NCBI GenBank assembly: GCA_902825775.1
Contig: CADECF010000007.1
Coordinates: 50,457-114,456, forward strand
From: an uncultured Lysobacteraceae bacterium
GTDB taxonomy: Bacteria; Pseudomonadota; Gammaproteobacteria; Xanthomonadales; Xanthomonadaceae
DNA: 64,000 nucleotides
Direction of reading: 5' to 3'
Part shown: positions 26,511 to 37,033 of the stretch, piece by piece
Layout of the letters: each line of letters begins with the position of its first letter
How positions within the stretch are numbered: position 1 is the stretch's first letter
The notes under the pieces: generated by a model
Databases searched by the model: none
The model's input: only the letters and a program-made list of their open reading frames with translations
What the model was told of the DNA's origin: nothing
Made by a program: the position numbers and the translations under genes

Positions 26511-28583
26511 CTAGCCGCTGCGCGGCGGCGCAGGCGGAGGCGGAGGCGCAAGACGTATGCCCGCTTCCTCGAAGGCATTCAACAGCATCAACCGCAGATC
26601 GCTGGCGATGCGGCGGCGGTCCATGCCCGGCTTCAGTTCGATCCAGTAATGCAGCACGAAACGCAGGCCGTTATCCGCGAATTCGTCGAGGAATACCGTC
26701 GGTTCGGGCGAGTCCTGCAACTGGCCGTGGCGCGACGCGGCGGCGCGCATCGCATCGCTGACCGTGCGCGGATCGGAGGCGCCGTCGACGACGATCGCCA
26801 GCATCTGCCTATTGATGCGCGTACGGAAAGTGACATTCTTGACGTTCTGTTCCATCAGCGCCGAATTCGGAATCAGCGTTTCGGCGCCGTCGCTGTCGCG
26901 CACCACCGAGGTGCGCAGATCGATATCGACCACGGTACCGCGCAGGTCGCCGACTTCGATCACATCGCCCAGGCGGAACGGCCGTTCCACCAGCACCAGC
27001 ACGCCGCTGATCAGGTTCTTGAACAACGTCTGCATGCCGAAACCTATTCCGATCGCCACCGCGCCGCCGATGAAAGCAAACGCGGCCAGCGGAATGCCCG
27101 CCAGCGCCAAACTGGCCAGCACGCAGGCCGCGATCAGCAGGGCCAGCAGCCAGCGCCGCCACAATCTGGCGATGCCTTCCTCCATGCCGCGGCGCCCGAC
27201 CAGCCAGCGCTCGCCCCATGCGGTGAGGCGAAACGCCAGCCACAAGCCAAGCACCAGCAGCAGCGGCGCTTTGATCAGTTTGCCGACGGTGACGCCGCGC
27301 AGCACCGTGGTCTTGCGGCCTTCCACCTCGATGGTCTGGTTGACGGTGAACAGTTCGAAATTCCAGGCGCGGGCGAACCATGCACGCACGCCGGCGGCGG
27401 CCAGGCGGGCGCGGTCGCCCCAGCTGGACATGCTCACCCGCTCGTCGAATCCTTCGCGTATCCGTTCGATGAAACCGGCCAGCTGGCGTTCGTCCAATAT
27501 TCCCGCCTGCACCAATTGCTGGCGTTGCTCCAGCGCCGCGCGCAGTTCGCGTTTGCGCGCGGCGTCGGGCGCGGCGGGCGCGCGCGCGATCTCGCTATCC
27601 AGCGAACCGACCCGCGCGGCGATCTGATCGGACAGCGTCGCCATGAAATCCATGCGCCGCTGCAGGCGGTCGAGCAGCATCGGCCCGTGCTCGCGCGCTT
27701 CGATCGCGGCGGAGGCGTCGCGATCGCGATAGAAACGCAGGGCCACCTGCCAGACCGCCTGCTCGGTCGCCACATTGGTCAGCGCTTCGCGGCTCAAATC
27801 CATATCGATGTCGGCATTGGTCAGCCGTTCCTTCAGCACTTCCGCGTCCGCGCCCGGCGTCTTCTGCTGTATTTCGGCGCGCACGCGGGCGCGCGTCGCC
27901 GCGGCCGAAGCAAGCCGCGCGCGCAGCTCGGTCGCGCGCGCGCGCAGGCGTCGCTCGATCGCGGCCGCGTCGCTCGCCGAAACCTTCACCGTGCCGTGCT
28001 CGGTGGCGCCGGCCAGGCGGCGGACCAGCGCAGCGCGCTGGCGGCGCGAGCCGTCCTGCTGCACTTCGACCAGGCGCAGCATCGCGTCGATTTCCGCGAC
28101 GGTGGATTCGGTCAGCTCCGTTTCGAGCGCGGCGATTTCGATCCTGGCGGCGGCAGCGTGCGCATCGGTCAGCGCGCGCCGCTCGGCGACCCGGCTCGCC
28201 AACTGCGTGGCCATCGCGGTGCGTTCCTGGCCCAGCAGCGCTTTGCGGCGTTCGCCGCTGGCCAGCGTGGCATCGACTTCCTGCAGCTCGCGACGCAGAT
28301 CGTCCAGCGCCAGCACGCCTTCCGGCGGCGCCTGCGATGCGCCGCCGGGCTGCCCGGCGAGACGGCGGGCATCGGACATGGCGCGTTGCAAATCCTGCCG
28401 GCGTTCCAGCGAGGCCAACAACAGCCGGCGCAGGAAATCGGCGCGATCTTCGGCCAGCGAATCGGAAGGCGGCGCCAGCGTACTGCGCAAGGCTTCCGCG
28501 CGTGTCGCGAGCGAGTCCTGCGCATAGGCCGTCGTCGCGGCGACGACGGTCAGCAGCAGCAGGCGGGCGATCGTCGGAGCCAT
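26511..28583 (-). CDS. MscK/KefA-like mechanosensitive channel (MscS family) with a long periplasmic coiled-coil domain
   Basis: Met 60 of the track ORF gives signal peptide MAPTIARLLLLTVVAATTAYA. Long coiled-coil region, multiple TMs, and an MscS core (GDVIEVGDLRGTVVDIDLRTSVVRDSDGAETLIPNS). Confidence 0.85.
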   Translation of the reverse strand: MAPTIARLLLLTVVAATTAYAQDSLATRAEALRSTLAPPSDSLAEDRADFLRRLLLASLERRQDLQRAMSDARRLAGQPGGASQAPPEGVLALDDLRRELQEVDATLASGERRKALLGQERTAMATQLASRVAERRALTDAHAAAARIEIAALETELTESTVAEIDAMLRLVEVQQDGSRRQRAALVRRLAGATEHGTVKVSASDAAAIERRLRARATELRARLASAAATRARVRAEIQQKTPGADAEVLKERLTNADIDMDLSREALTNVATEQAVWQVALRFYRDRDASAAIEAREHGPMLLDRLQRRMDFMATLSDQIAARVGSLDSEIARAPAAPDAARKRELRAALEQRQQLVQAGILDERQLAGFIERIREGFDERVSMSSWGDRARLAAAGVRAWFARAWNFELFTVNQTIEVEGRKTTVLRGVTVGKLIKAPLLLVLGLWLAFRLTAWGERWLVGRRGMEEGIARLWRRWLLALLIAACVLASLALAGIPLAAFAFIGGAVAIGIGFGMQTLFKNLISGVLVLVERPFRLGDVIEVGDLRGTVVDIDLRTSVVRDSDGAETLIPNSALMEQNVKNVTFRTRINRQMLAIVVDGASDPRTVSDAMRAAASRHGQLQDSPEPTVFLDEFADNGLRFVLHYWIELKPGMDRRRIASDLRLMLLNAFEEAGIRLAPPPPPAPPRSG

Positions 28584-29006
28584 GGCGGCTGTTCTCGGGA
28601 GACAGCGACAGCCTGCCCGGCCGACGCCCACGGATCGCCTACTTATTCGCCCCGCGCCTACGAACGCGGGCGGCGACTTCGTTTGAACGCGCTGGGCCGG
28701 GCTGGGCATGGGTGGCACCCGAGTGAGGGCACGCGGCCATGTTACGCCCGGCCTGGCCAACGCAAACAGACCTGTTCACTGAGTAAACTGGACGGTGCAA
28801 TGCCGAGGAGACGGATGTCTGAGTTAAGGACGCATGCTCCTGGACCTTGGTGGGCCGAGGAGCAAGATCAGACGTAACGTCTGACCCGATCCCCACTGCA
28901 TGGAAAGCACAGCATTGTGCTGCACGCTGGCAGAAGAGGCCGGGCCACGAGCAGCGTCATCCGCTACGCGGCTTCGCACATCAAAGGCAACACGTCGACG
29001 CGCCTT

Positions 29007-29810
29007 TCACCGGCGGGCGGACCGTGCGCGTCTTCCACCGTTGCGTTTCGTAGTCGCGCGACTTTGCGCGAACTCCGGGAAGGTCTCCGCTATCGGCGCC
29101 GCATCCGGCAAGATGTAGAACACCCCACCCCGCTCGAACGTCGGACGGATGACCTGCTCGTAAAACTCGGGCGAGACGTTGATGCAGCCATGAGTGACGC
29201 GGTTGTCGTCCGGCGAAGGCGATGCAAGGCGTTCGGCGCGTCTCTCGGCCGGGACGCCAGTAGCGGTAGGGTGGATGGAGACCGCGGAATCGTAGTCCAC
29301 CCACAGCACGCGCCCAGCGTCGATTGACGGACCGAAACCGCCCACGAAGCGACCAGCAGGCGTCGTGCGATCCCGGCCCGGAATCTCGCGAAGCGCGAGA
29401 CCGGCGATGCCGGGGGCCGTGTGATCGCCGATCGCCGAGCCAAAGAGCCCAGGCGCCGCGCCGCGAGGCCGGCCGTCGCTGCCGAACACCAAGATCTGTG
29501 CGGCGGCCTTGTCTATGATCGCGAACGGATAGCCTTGGCTGTCCTTGGCTGCGACCACCCAGCCCGCGAGCCCGATCACCGTGTCGGACACATCTTGGCC
29601 TCGCGGAAGCTGGTCGACAGCGGCGACCGGTTGCGCGGCTGCATCCTCGGCGCTGGCCACGCCGAAGCTCGCGAACGCCAGCGCCAGCGCACCAAAAACG
29701 GCCCGGATCGCAGGGTGTGTGCACGTACGGATGGGACGGCTCCTTAGAATGAAGACTGGGTGAAGATAAGGAGCCCGGTGGCCGGCAAAGGCCACCGGGT
29801 CCCGGTTCAA
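29007..29810 (-). CDS. L,D-transpeptidase (YkuD-domain) protein
   Basis: Catalytic motif RVTHGCINV near the C-terminus and signal-like AVFGALALAFASFGVASA. Start uncertain: a strong AAGGAG sits about 7 nt before an in-frame ATC at about 29735 with no canonical start codon nearby. Confidence 0.75.
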   Translation of the reverse strand: MNRDPVAFAGHRAPYLHPVFILRSRPIRTCTHPAIRAVFGALALAFASFGVASAEDAAAQPVAAVDQLPRGQDVSDTVIGLAGWVVAAKDSQGYPFAIIDKAAAQILVFGSDGRPRGAAPGLFGSAIGDHTAPGIAGLALREIPGRDRTTPAGRFVGGFGPSIDAGRVLWVDYDSAVSIHPTATGVPAERRAERLASPSPDDNRVTHGCINVSPEFYEQVIRPTFERGGVFYILPDAAPIAETFPEFAQSRATTKRNGGRRARSARR

Positions 29811-29837
29811 GCCGTTCGTCGCGAATTGTGCAAGCGA

Positions 29838-30104
29838 CTAACCGCGCGGCGGGCGGCTCGGCTTCGTTTCGAGCTGCTGGACGCGGCTTTCTATTTGATC
29901 CAGCCGTTGGTTGGCCTGCTGCGCGGACTGATTGGCGGATTCGGCGCTCTGGGCCGCGCCCTGCACCTTCGTGTCGAGTTGATCGAGGCGTGAGTTGATC
30001 CCTGCAAACTCTTCTTTATAGGTGGCGCAGGCGCCGAGGCTCAGGGCGACGATCGCCACGCCGAGCGTACGCGCCATCGCCAGATGTTGCTTGGTCATAA
30101 ACAT
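29838..30104 (-). CDS. Small alanine-zipper (Lpp/OprI-like) lipoprotein
   Basis: Met 69 of the track ORF, preceded by GAGGAGG. Lipobox LSLGAC followed by a heptad-like Gln/Ala-rich helix. C-terminus is ...SRPPRG, with no terminal Lys. Confidence 0.6.
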   Translation of the reverse strand: MFMTKQHLAMARTLGVAIVALSLGACATYKEEFAGINSRLDQLDTKVQGAAQSAESANQSAQQANQRLDQIESRVQQLETKPSRPPRG

Positions 30105-30672
30105 TCCAATCCTCCTCGTCTGGTGTGTACGAAATATAGCGGCCTTTTCGCCGGAGTCATGACCCGCCTTCAGCTGGCATTGGAATACGTAGATGGAATG
30201 TGAAGATGCGGTAACTAGTGAGAATTGCGGCTTGAATCGAACAGTAGACCTTAATAAGCGCGCCGTTTTGCACCGACTGATCTTCAGAGACTTCTTCGAC
30301 TCTCCCAATTCATCAGCAAGGAAGGCTATACCGGCCCTCCAGTGCGTCTAGGCGGTCGACATGATCTCCCGGCACACTACTGCACCGCGTGCGATGTGCA
30401 CTTCGGGTCGAGAGCGGTCGCTCAACCGGTGGCAGCCTCCGACCAAGAGCGGTTCTTCATCTGACTTGCCGATTGCAGTAGCGTCTTCGCCGGCGAGCTC
30501 GGCTTCCGTGCAGGTGTTCGACGAGCTCTGCTGACGCTCGTACGGCGCAGCGATGAATGCATGAGAGAGTGGCGACACACGCGACTGCGGCGCTACGCGG
30601 CCGGGAGATGCGTATTGAACGAATCCGCAATACGGAAAACGTCCCTTTCCCGTTTCAATATCTTACTCCACA

Positions 30673-30693
30673 GGGGGCTTGCGGCAAGCCCCC
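30673..30693. promoter_or_regulatory. Perfect 9-bp stem hairpin/palindrome upstream of the monooxygenase gene
   Basis: GGGGGCTTG-CGG-CAAGCCCCC about 55 nt upstream of the 30749 start. No T-tract, so operator or attenuator is as plausible as terminator. Confidence 0.25.
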
Positions 30694-30748
30694 GGCCGTG
30701 CTGTTCAATCGCCAGCCGAAATGAACCTACGGCATAAGGAGCAGCGAT

Positions 30749-32245
30749 ATGACCGAACATTCTGTGGTGATCGTGGGTGGAGGCCCGACCGGAATGATGT
30801 TGGCGGCCGAGCTGGCGTTGGCGAAGATCGACGTCGCCGTCGTCGAACGGCGCGCCGGCCAGGAACTCGCCGGCTCGCGCGCGGGCGGTCTGCATGCGCG
30901 CACCATCGAGGTGTTCGATCAGCGCGGCATCGCCGATCGGTTCCTCGCGGAGGGGCAGATCGCTCAAGTCGCGAGCTTCGCATCGGTGCGTTTGGACATC
31001 AGCGACTTCCCCACGCGGCATCCTTACGGGCTAGGGCTGTGGCAGAACCACATCGAGCGAATTCTGGCCGAATGGGTCGGCGAGCTGCCGGTGACGTTCT
31101 ATCGCGGACGCGAAGCGACCGGCTTTACGCAGGACGATGCGGGCGTCGACATCGCGCTGTCCGATGGCCGATCGCTGCGCGCGCAATATCTCGTCGGCTG
31201 CGATGGAGGCCGCAGCCTGGTGCGCAAAGCGGCCGGCATCGATTTCCCCGGCTGGGATCCGACGATGAGCGCTTTGCTGGCCGAAGTCGAAATGACCGAG
31301 GAGCCGGAATTGGGGATGCGCCGCACGGCCGCCGGCATCAATGGCTTGAGCAAAGTGGAGTACGAAATCAAGAACGGCGAGCCGGTCTACAAAGAGGGGG
31401 GAACGGTGCGCGTGATGCTGTCAGAATCGCAGGTCGGCACGAACGAACCCACCCTGCGCGATCTCAGCGAGGGCCTCATCGCGTTATACGGCACCGATTA
31501 CGGCATCCACAGTCCGACCTGGATCACCCGGTTCACCGACATGACACGGCAGGCCGCGGCCTACCGCGAGCGACGCGTGCTGCTGGCGGGCGATGCGGCG
31601 CATGTGCATTCGCCGGTCGGCGGGCAAGGGCTCAACACCGGCGTGCAGGATGCGGTGAATCTGGGATGGAAGCTGGCGCAGGTCGTCAAAGCGATATCGC
31701 CGGAAAGCCTGCTCGATACCTATCACGCCGAGCGCCACCCGGTCGCTGCGCGCGTGCTGCGCAATACGATGGCGCAAGTCGCGCTCATGCGCGTCGACGA
31801 CCGCATCGAGGCGGCGCGCGACAGCGTGTCCGAGCTGCTGAGCATGGACGAGCCGCGTGTGCGATTCGCCGCGATGATGTCCGGGCTGGGCATCCGTTAC
31901 GATTTCGGCGAAGGCCATCCGCTGCTCGGACGCCGCATGCCCGATCTCGATCTGGCCACCGCCGACGGCCCATTGCGCGTCTTCGCTCTTCTGCGCGATG
32001 CGCGGCCGGTGTTGCTCAATCTCGGCGAGCCCGGCGGCTTCGATATCGCGCCATGGGCGGATCGCGTTCGGCCGATCGATGCCAAGTACGACGGTGCGTG
32101 GGAGCTACCGGCACTCGGAGCGGTCGCTGCGCCCGCTGCCGTGTTGATTCGGCCCGACGGCTATGTGGCTTGGGTGGGAGACGGCGCCCAGCGCGGGCTC
32201 ACCGAAGCGCTCACCACTTGGTTCGGATCGCCCGCTGCGATGTAG
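30749..32245 (+). CDS. Group-A FAD-dependent aromatic monooxygenase (PgaE/RdmE/Rox-like)
   Basis: 498 aa. AAGGAG RBS, VVIVGGGPTGMMLA dinucleotide fold, LAGDAAHVHSPVGGQGLNTGVQDAVNLGWKL, and a C-terminal thioredoxin-like extension typical of this subgroup. Confidence 0.85.
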   Translation: MTEHSVVIVGGGPTGMMLAAELALAKIDVAVVERRAGQELAGSRAGGLHARTIEVFDQRGIADRFLAEGQIAQVASFASVRLDISDFPTRHPYGLGLWQNHIERILAEWVGELPVTFYRGREATGFTQDDAGVDIALSDGRSLRAQYLVGCDGGRSLVRKAAGIDFPGWDPTMSALLAEVEMTEEPELGMRRTAAGINGLSKVEYEIKNGEPVYKEGGTVRVMLSESQVGTNEPTLRDLSEGLIALYGTDYGIHSPTWITRFTDMTRQAAAYRERRVLLAGDAAHVHSPVGGQGLNTGVQDAVNLGWKLAQVVKAISPESLLDTYHAERHPVAARVLRNTMAQVALMRVDDRIEAARDSVSELLSMDEPRVRFAAMMSGLGIRYDFGEGHPLLGRRMPDLDLATADGPLRVFALLRDARPVLLNLGEPGGFDIAPWADRVRPIDAKYDGAWELPALGAVAAPAAVLIRPDGYVAWVGDGAQRGLTEALTTWFGSPAAM

Positions 32246-32285
32246 CGCACCGGCCGCAGATGCTTGCCGAGGCCGCCTGCCCGGA

Positions 32286-32672
32286 TCATTGGCCGGCTGG
32301 CGGCTGCCAAAGTTCTACTTTGTTGCCTTCCGGATCGATAACCCAGGCGAACTTTCCGTACTCGGAGTCGTCGATCTTGTCGAGAACGTTGCAGCCTTCC
32401 TCGCGTAAGACTTCAACCAGCGCGTGGAGATCATCCACCCGGTAATTGATCATGAAACTCGCGGCGCTCGGCGCGAATTGGTCGCCCTGCGCCGAACCGA
32501 TGGACCAGATGGTGGTTCCGGCCATCGGCCTGCCTTCGCCGTCGGTCCAGGCAAAAGCCGTGCCACCCCAGTCTTGGACATCGATGCCGAGATGCCGCTT
32601 GTACCAAGCCTGCAATGCCGGAGCGTCTTTGGCTTTGAAGAAGATGCCGCCGATGCCAGTGACTCGCTTCAT
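32286..32672 (-). CDS. VOC-family (glyoxalase/bleomycin-resistance fold) protein
   Basis: 128 aa. MKRVTGIGGIFFKAKDAPALQAWY... is typical of the small VOC family. Confidence 0.8.
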   Translation of the reverse strand: MKRVTGIGGIFFKAKDAPALQAWYKRHLGIDVQDWGGTAFAWTDGEGRPMAGTTIWSIGSAQGDQFAPSAASFMINYRVDDLHALVEVLREEGCNVLDKIDDSEYGKFAWVIDPEGNKVELWQPPAGQ

Positions 32673-32892
32673 AAGACCTCCGAGACGATGAGAGCGTTCG
32701 TGTTTGCTGCAGCCTGACGCCCGAATTGTCGGGCCCCGGCACGGCGGGGGTCAACGAACGATAGAGGCATTTTCGGCGCGGGGAAAGCGCCGGCAATGCA
32801 TCGCTGCGCGCGCCTGGCGCCATGCTTCGATAGCGCCTATGTTGTCGGCGGATCGACACCCCGCCGATCCCTCCCCCACGAGGAAACGCGAT

Positions 32893-33714
32893 ATGCAATC
32901 GATCACGACCAAAGACGGCACCGAGATCTTCTACAAGGATTGGGGCTCGGGTCAGCCGATCGTCTTTCACCATGGTTGGCCGCTGTCCGGCGACGACTGG
33001 GACGCGCAAATGCTCTTCTTCCTGGAGCAGGGCTATCGCGTCGTCGCCCACGATCGCCGCGGCCACGGCCGCTCGACCCAGACGCCGAACGGCCACGATA
33101 TGGACACCTATGCGGCCGATGTCGCGGCGTTGGCGGCGCATCTGGATCTGCGCGACGCCATCCATGCCGGCCATTCGACCGGCGGCGGCGAAGCGGCGCG
33201 TTATGTCGCCAAACACGGCGCCGGACGCGTCTCCAAGCTGGTGCTCATCGGTGCGGTGCCGCCGCTGTTGGTGAAAACCGCAGCCAATCCGGGCGGCCTG
33301 CCGCTCGAAGTGTTCGACGGCCTGCGCAAGGAACTCGCCGCCGACCGGGCCAGCTTCTACTGGACGTTTCCCGTTCCTTTCTATGGTTTCAATCGTCCCG
33401 CCACGCCGCTTTCCGAACCGGTGCGGGCCAACTGGTGGCGCCAGGCGATGATGGGCGGCGCGAAGGCGCATTACGACTGCATCGCGGCGTTCTCGGAAAC
33501 CGACTTCACCGAAGACCTCAAGCGCATCGACGTACCGACGCTGGTGATGCACGGCGACGACGACCAGATCGTGCCGATCGCCGATTCGGCGATGATCTCT
33601 TCCAAGCTGCTGCGCAACGCCACGCTGAAGGTCTACGAAGGATTTCCGCACGGCATGTGCACGACCCACGCCGATGCCATCAACCGCGACCTGCTCGCAT
33701 TCCTACGCGGCTGA
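32893..33714 (+). CDS. Non-heme haloperoxidase-type alpha/beta hydrolase
   Basis: Met 64 of the track [30 protein letters not shown], nucleophile elbow GHSTGG, and C-terminal FPHGM. Confidence 0.9.
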   Translation: MQSITTKDGTEIFYKDWGSGQPIVFHHGWPLSGDDWDAQMLFFLEQGYRVVAHDRRGHGRSTQTPNGHDMDTYAADVAALAAHLDLRDAIHAGHSTGGGEAARYVAKHGAGRVSKLVLIGAVPPLLVKTAANPGGLPLEVFDGLRKELAADRASFYWTFPVPFYGFNRPATPLSEPVRANWWRQAMMGGAKAHYDCIAAFSETDFTEDLKRIDVPTLVMHGDDDQIVPIADSAMISSKLLRNATLKVYEGFPHGMCTTHADAINRDLLAFLRG

Positions 33715-33777
33715 GCGAGCGCCGAGTGCCGGCGATCCCGTCATCGGCACGCACTATAGGCTGAGCGCGTACCGCGC

Positions 33778-35205
33778 TCAGCCTTCCATCTGCTCCAACT
33801 CCTTGCCCTTGGTCTCGTGCACGTACCTGAGCACGAAGAACACCGAAATCACGGCAGCGATGGTGTACAGCCCATACGTCGCGGCCAAGCCGATGCTGGC
33901 CAGCAGGATCGGGAAGGTCACGGTGATGCCGAAGTTCGAACCCCACTGCGCTGCGCCAGCCACTGCCAGCGCGGAACCGCGGATCTGGTTGGGGAACATT
34001 TCGCCCAGCATCACCCACATCACCGGCCCCCACGAACCGTTGAAGAAGATCACATAAAGATTGGCCGCGACCAAAGCCAGCGTGCCCATCGAATCGGACA
34101 GCGACAACTTGCCGCCGGCATCCAGCGAACCGCTGGCGAAAGCCAAGGTGACCAGCGCGAGCGACACCGCCATGCCCGCGGAGCCTATCCACAACAGCGG
34201 CTTGCGGCCGACCTTGTCGATCAGCACCACCGTCACCAGGCAGGCGCCGATGCTGAGCGCGCCGGACAGCACGTTGATCAGCAGCGCATCGTTCTCGGAA
34301 AAACCTACCGCCTGCCACAGCACTGCGCCGTAATAGAACACCACGTTGATGCCGACCAATTGCTGGAACGTGGCCAGGCCGATGCCGACCCAGACGATCG
34401 GCCGCAATTTGCCGGTGGTCTTGCTGATCAGATCGGACAGGCGCGGACGGTGATGGTCGCGCGACAGCGTGGCGTCGATCTCGGCGAGCTTGGTGCCCGC
34501 TTCCTGCGCGCCGTAGAGACGGGTCAACACTTTCAGCGCATCTTCCTTGCGGCCCTTCACCACCAGATAGCGCGGGCTCTCGGGGATGAACAGCAGCAGC
34601 GACAGGAACAACGCCGACGGAATCGCCTGCATCCAGAACATCCAGCGCCAGGCCGCGTGCCCCAGCCACAGCGATTCGGTGGAAGCGCCCGCCGCCTTGG
34701 CGAGCAGGTAGTTGCTGAGGAAAGCGCAGAACAAGCCGCTGATGATCGCGATCTGCTGCACCGTCGCCAGCCGGCCGCGATAGCGCGCCGGGGTGACTTC
34801 GGCGATGTAGGCCGGCGATATCACGCTGGCTGCGCCCACCGCCAGTCCGCCCAGCATGCGGGCAATGACGAAAGCGAGCGAAGTGTCGGCCGTTCCCGCA
34901 CCGATCGCGGAGGCCAGGAACAGCACCGCAGAAATAATCAACACCGTGCGCCGGCCCCAGCGATCGGCCAAGCGTCCGGCGATGAATGCGCCGACCGCAC
35001 AGCCCAATAGCATCGAGGCGACTTCGAAGCCCGTACCGAACGAACTGGACTGGAAGGTCTGCTTGAGCCCATCGACTGTCCCGTTGATCACGCCGCTGTC
35101 GAATCCGAACAGGAATCCGCCGATAGTCGCCACGCAACTGATTAGGACGATCAGGCGGGTATTCTCCCCACTGGCGGCGACCGGTTGCGGAATGGATGCG
35201 CTCAT
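33778..35205 (-). CDS. MFS sugar porter (GalP/XylE-like sugar:H+ symporter)
   Basis: 475 aa, 12 TM. Motifs GFLFGFDSGVI, GRLADRWGRR, PESPRYL and HETKGKELE. Confidence 0.9.
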   Translation of the reverse strand: MSASIPQPVAASGENTRLIVLISCVATIGGFLFGFDSGVINGTVDGLKQTFQSSSFGTGFEVASMLLGCAVGAFIAGRLADRWGRRTVLIISAVLFLASAIGAGTADTSLAFVIARMLGGLAVGAASVISPAYIAEVTPARYRGRLATVQQIAIISGLFCAFLSNYLLAKAAGASTESLWLGHAAWRWMFWMQAIPSALFLSLLLFIPESPRYLVVKGRKEDALKVLTRLYGAQEAGTKLAEIDATLSRDHHRPRLSDLISKTTGKLRPIVWVGIGLATFQQLVGINVVFYYGAVLWQAVGFSENDALLINVLSGALSIGACLVTVVLIDKVGRKPLLWIGSAGMAVSLALVTLAFASGSLDAGGKLSLSDSMGTLALVAANLYVIFFNGSWGPVMWVMLGEMFPNQIRGSALAVAGAAQWGSNFGITVTFPILLASIGLAATYGLYTIAAVISVFFVLRYVHETKGKELEQMEG

Positions 35206-35256
35206 CGTGGGACACCTCGGCGATGTGGAGGGTGGACTAACGTTCGAAGCGGAGTA

Positions 35257-36909
35257 TTACGGAGACGACGCCTCAGCGGCCAACGGCTCGCGGACCGGCG
35301 CGTCCGCGCGGGCCTGCGCAGGCTCGGGTTTCGCGGCGGCCGGATACAGCACGATCAGCTTGCGCAGCACGCCGTTGGTCCAGCCGAAACCGTCCTGCAG
35401 CGGATACTCGCCGCCGCCGCCCACGGCCGCGCCGGTGACGTCGTACTTCTCCACCAGCTTGCCGGTCTTCTTGTACAGGACGATGTTGAGCCGCATCCAG
35501 CGCTCGGCGATGGTCGTCGCCAGTTCCTTTTGTCCGTAGGCATTGAGGCCCTGGATCGCGATCCACTGCAACGGCGCCCAACCGTTGGGCGCGTCCCATT
35601 GCTGGCCGGTGTCGATGGTCGTCGTCGACAGGCCGTGCGGCTGCAACAGCGTGGCGCGGACGCGCTCGGCCACTTGATCGGCCTGGCGCTGCTCGGCGAT
35701 GCCGAAGAACAGCGGGTACAGCGTGGCTGCGGTGACATGATCGGTCCGCTTGCCCTCTTTCCACAAATAGTCCGAGAACACGCCCAGCTCCGGATTCCAC
35801 AAATGGCGCAGGATCGCGGTTTTGCGTTCGTCGGCGCGCTTGCGCATCTTCGCGGCTTTATCCGCTTGCCGCGCGGCGGTATACGCATCCGCGAGCGTGG
35901 TCTCCAAGCAGTAGAGCAGACTGTTCAAATCGGGCGGCGCGATATCGACGACACGGATCGTCGCCAGCGTCTTGCCGTCGGCCAACCAGCGCGAACTGAA
36001 ATCCCAGCCGCTCTCGGCGCCGGCGCGCAGGTTGCGATAGACCTCGGCCAGCGGACGGCCCGAGGCCGCCGCGGTGGCCACATCGTTGCCGTAGCTCTCT
36101 TCGCGCGGCGTGTCGCAATCGTCCCAATAGCGGTTGAGCAGCGCGCCATCGGCCAAACGGACGACGCGGCGATGCGCCTGGCCGCGCGCCAGACCTTCGC
36201 TGCCCTGCATCCAGAAAGCGTATTCCTCCTCCAGCTGCGGCAAATAAGCCACGAGCGCCTTGCTGCCGTCGCGCTCGGCGAGCAAGTTCACCATGGCCGC
36301 GAAGAACGGCGGTTGCGAGCGGCCCAGGTAATACGTGCGGTTGCCGTTCGGGATGTGCCCGTAGTGGTCGATCAGCCACGCGAAGTTCTTCACCATGTCG
36401 ACGGCGAGATCGTGGCGGCCGCTTTCCTCCAGGCCGAGCATCGTGAAATACGAATCCCAGTAATAGATCTCGTTGAAACGCCCGCCGGGCACGATGTAGC
36501 GGTACGGCAACGGCAGCAGCGAGGTGCGGCCGTCGCTGGTGCCCGGCTTGCGCTCGAGCACGGTCCACAGCGCGTCGATGTGCTGGCGCACGTCGTGGTC
36601 GGGATTGGTGCGGTAGTCGTCATCGTTCGCCGGTGGCTGGACGAATTGTTCGGCGAGGAACTTTTTCAGGTCGAAACCGGGCTTCGCGCGCAGATTCTCG
36701 TACTCGGCGACGATCCCGGCCGGCGGCTGCTTAGGTTGCGCATCCATCAGCCATTTGCCGTCGGGCAGCGCCTTTTGCGCGTCCTCGAACAAGCGGCCGT
36801 AGAGCTGCGGATAGCCAGGGACGCAGGTCTGCGCGAATGCCGGCGCGCATGCCAGCAACAGCCAGCACAGCAGTATCGCGGCGACTTTATTCGTACGCGG
36901 CAAGCGCAT
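35257..36909 (-). CDS. treA: Periplasmic trehalase (GH37)
   Basis: Met 54 of the track ORF gives a signal peptide. GH37 signatures PGGRFNEIYYWDSYF and QWDAPNGWAPLQW. Confidence 0.9.
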   Translation of the reverse strand: MRLPRTNKVAAILLCWLLLACAPAFAQTCVPGYPQLYGRLFEDAQKALPDGKWLMDAQPKQPPAGIVAEYENLRAKPGFDLKKFLAEQFVQPPANDDDYRTNPDHDVRQHIDALWTVLERKPGTSDGRTSLLPLPYRYIVPGGRFNEIYYWDSYFTMLGLEESGRHDLAVDMVKNFAWLIDHYGHIPNGNRTYYLGRSQPPFFAAMVNLLAERDGSKALVAYLPQLEEEYAFWMQGSEGLARGQAHRRVVRLADGALLNRYWDDCDTPREESYGNDVATAAASGRPLAEVYRNLRAGAESGWDFSSRWLADGKTLATIRVVDIAPPDLNSLLYCLETTLADAYTAARQADKAAKMRKRADERKTAILRHLWNPELGVFSDYLWKEGKRTDHVTAATLYPLFFGIAEQRQADQVAERVRATLLQPHGLSTTTIDTGQQWDAPNGWAPLQWIAIQGLNAYGQKELATTIAERWMRLNIVLYKKTGKLVEKYDVTGAAVGGGGEYPLQDGFGWTNGVLRKLIVLYPAAAKPEPAQARADAPVREPLAAEASSP

Positions 36910-37033
36910 CAGCTTCTCCGGCGATAACGACGATGCGTAAGCATAAGCGAGCCCTGCTCGCCGATTCACGCATGATGCGCACGAAAACAGCGCTGAACGA
37001 GCATGTTGCGACGCAATGCGGCGCTTCGGGGCT

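Noticed and set aside
30348-30578. 76-aa minus-strand ORF in the AT-richer gap
   Set aside because: It has a GTG start, no ribosome-binding site and no recognisable motif. It could be a gene remnant but is not supportable as a CDS.
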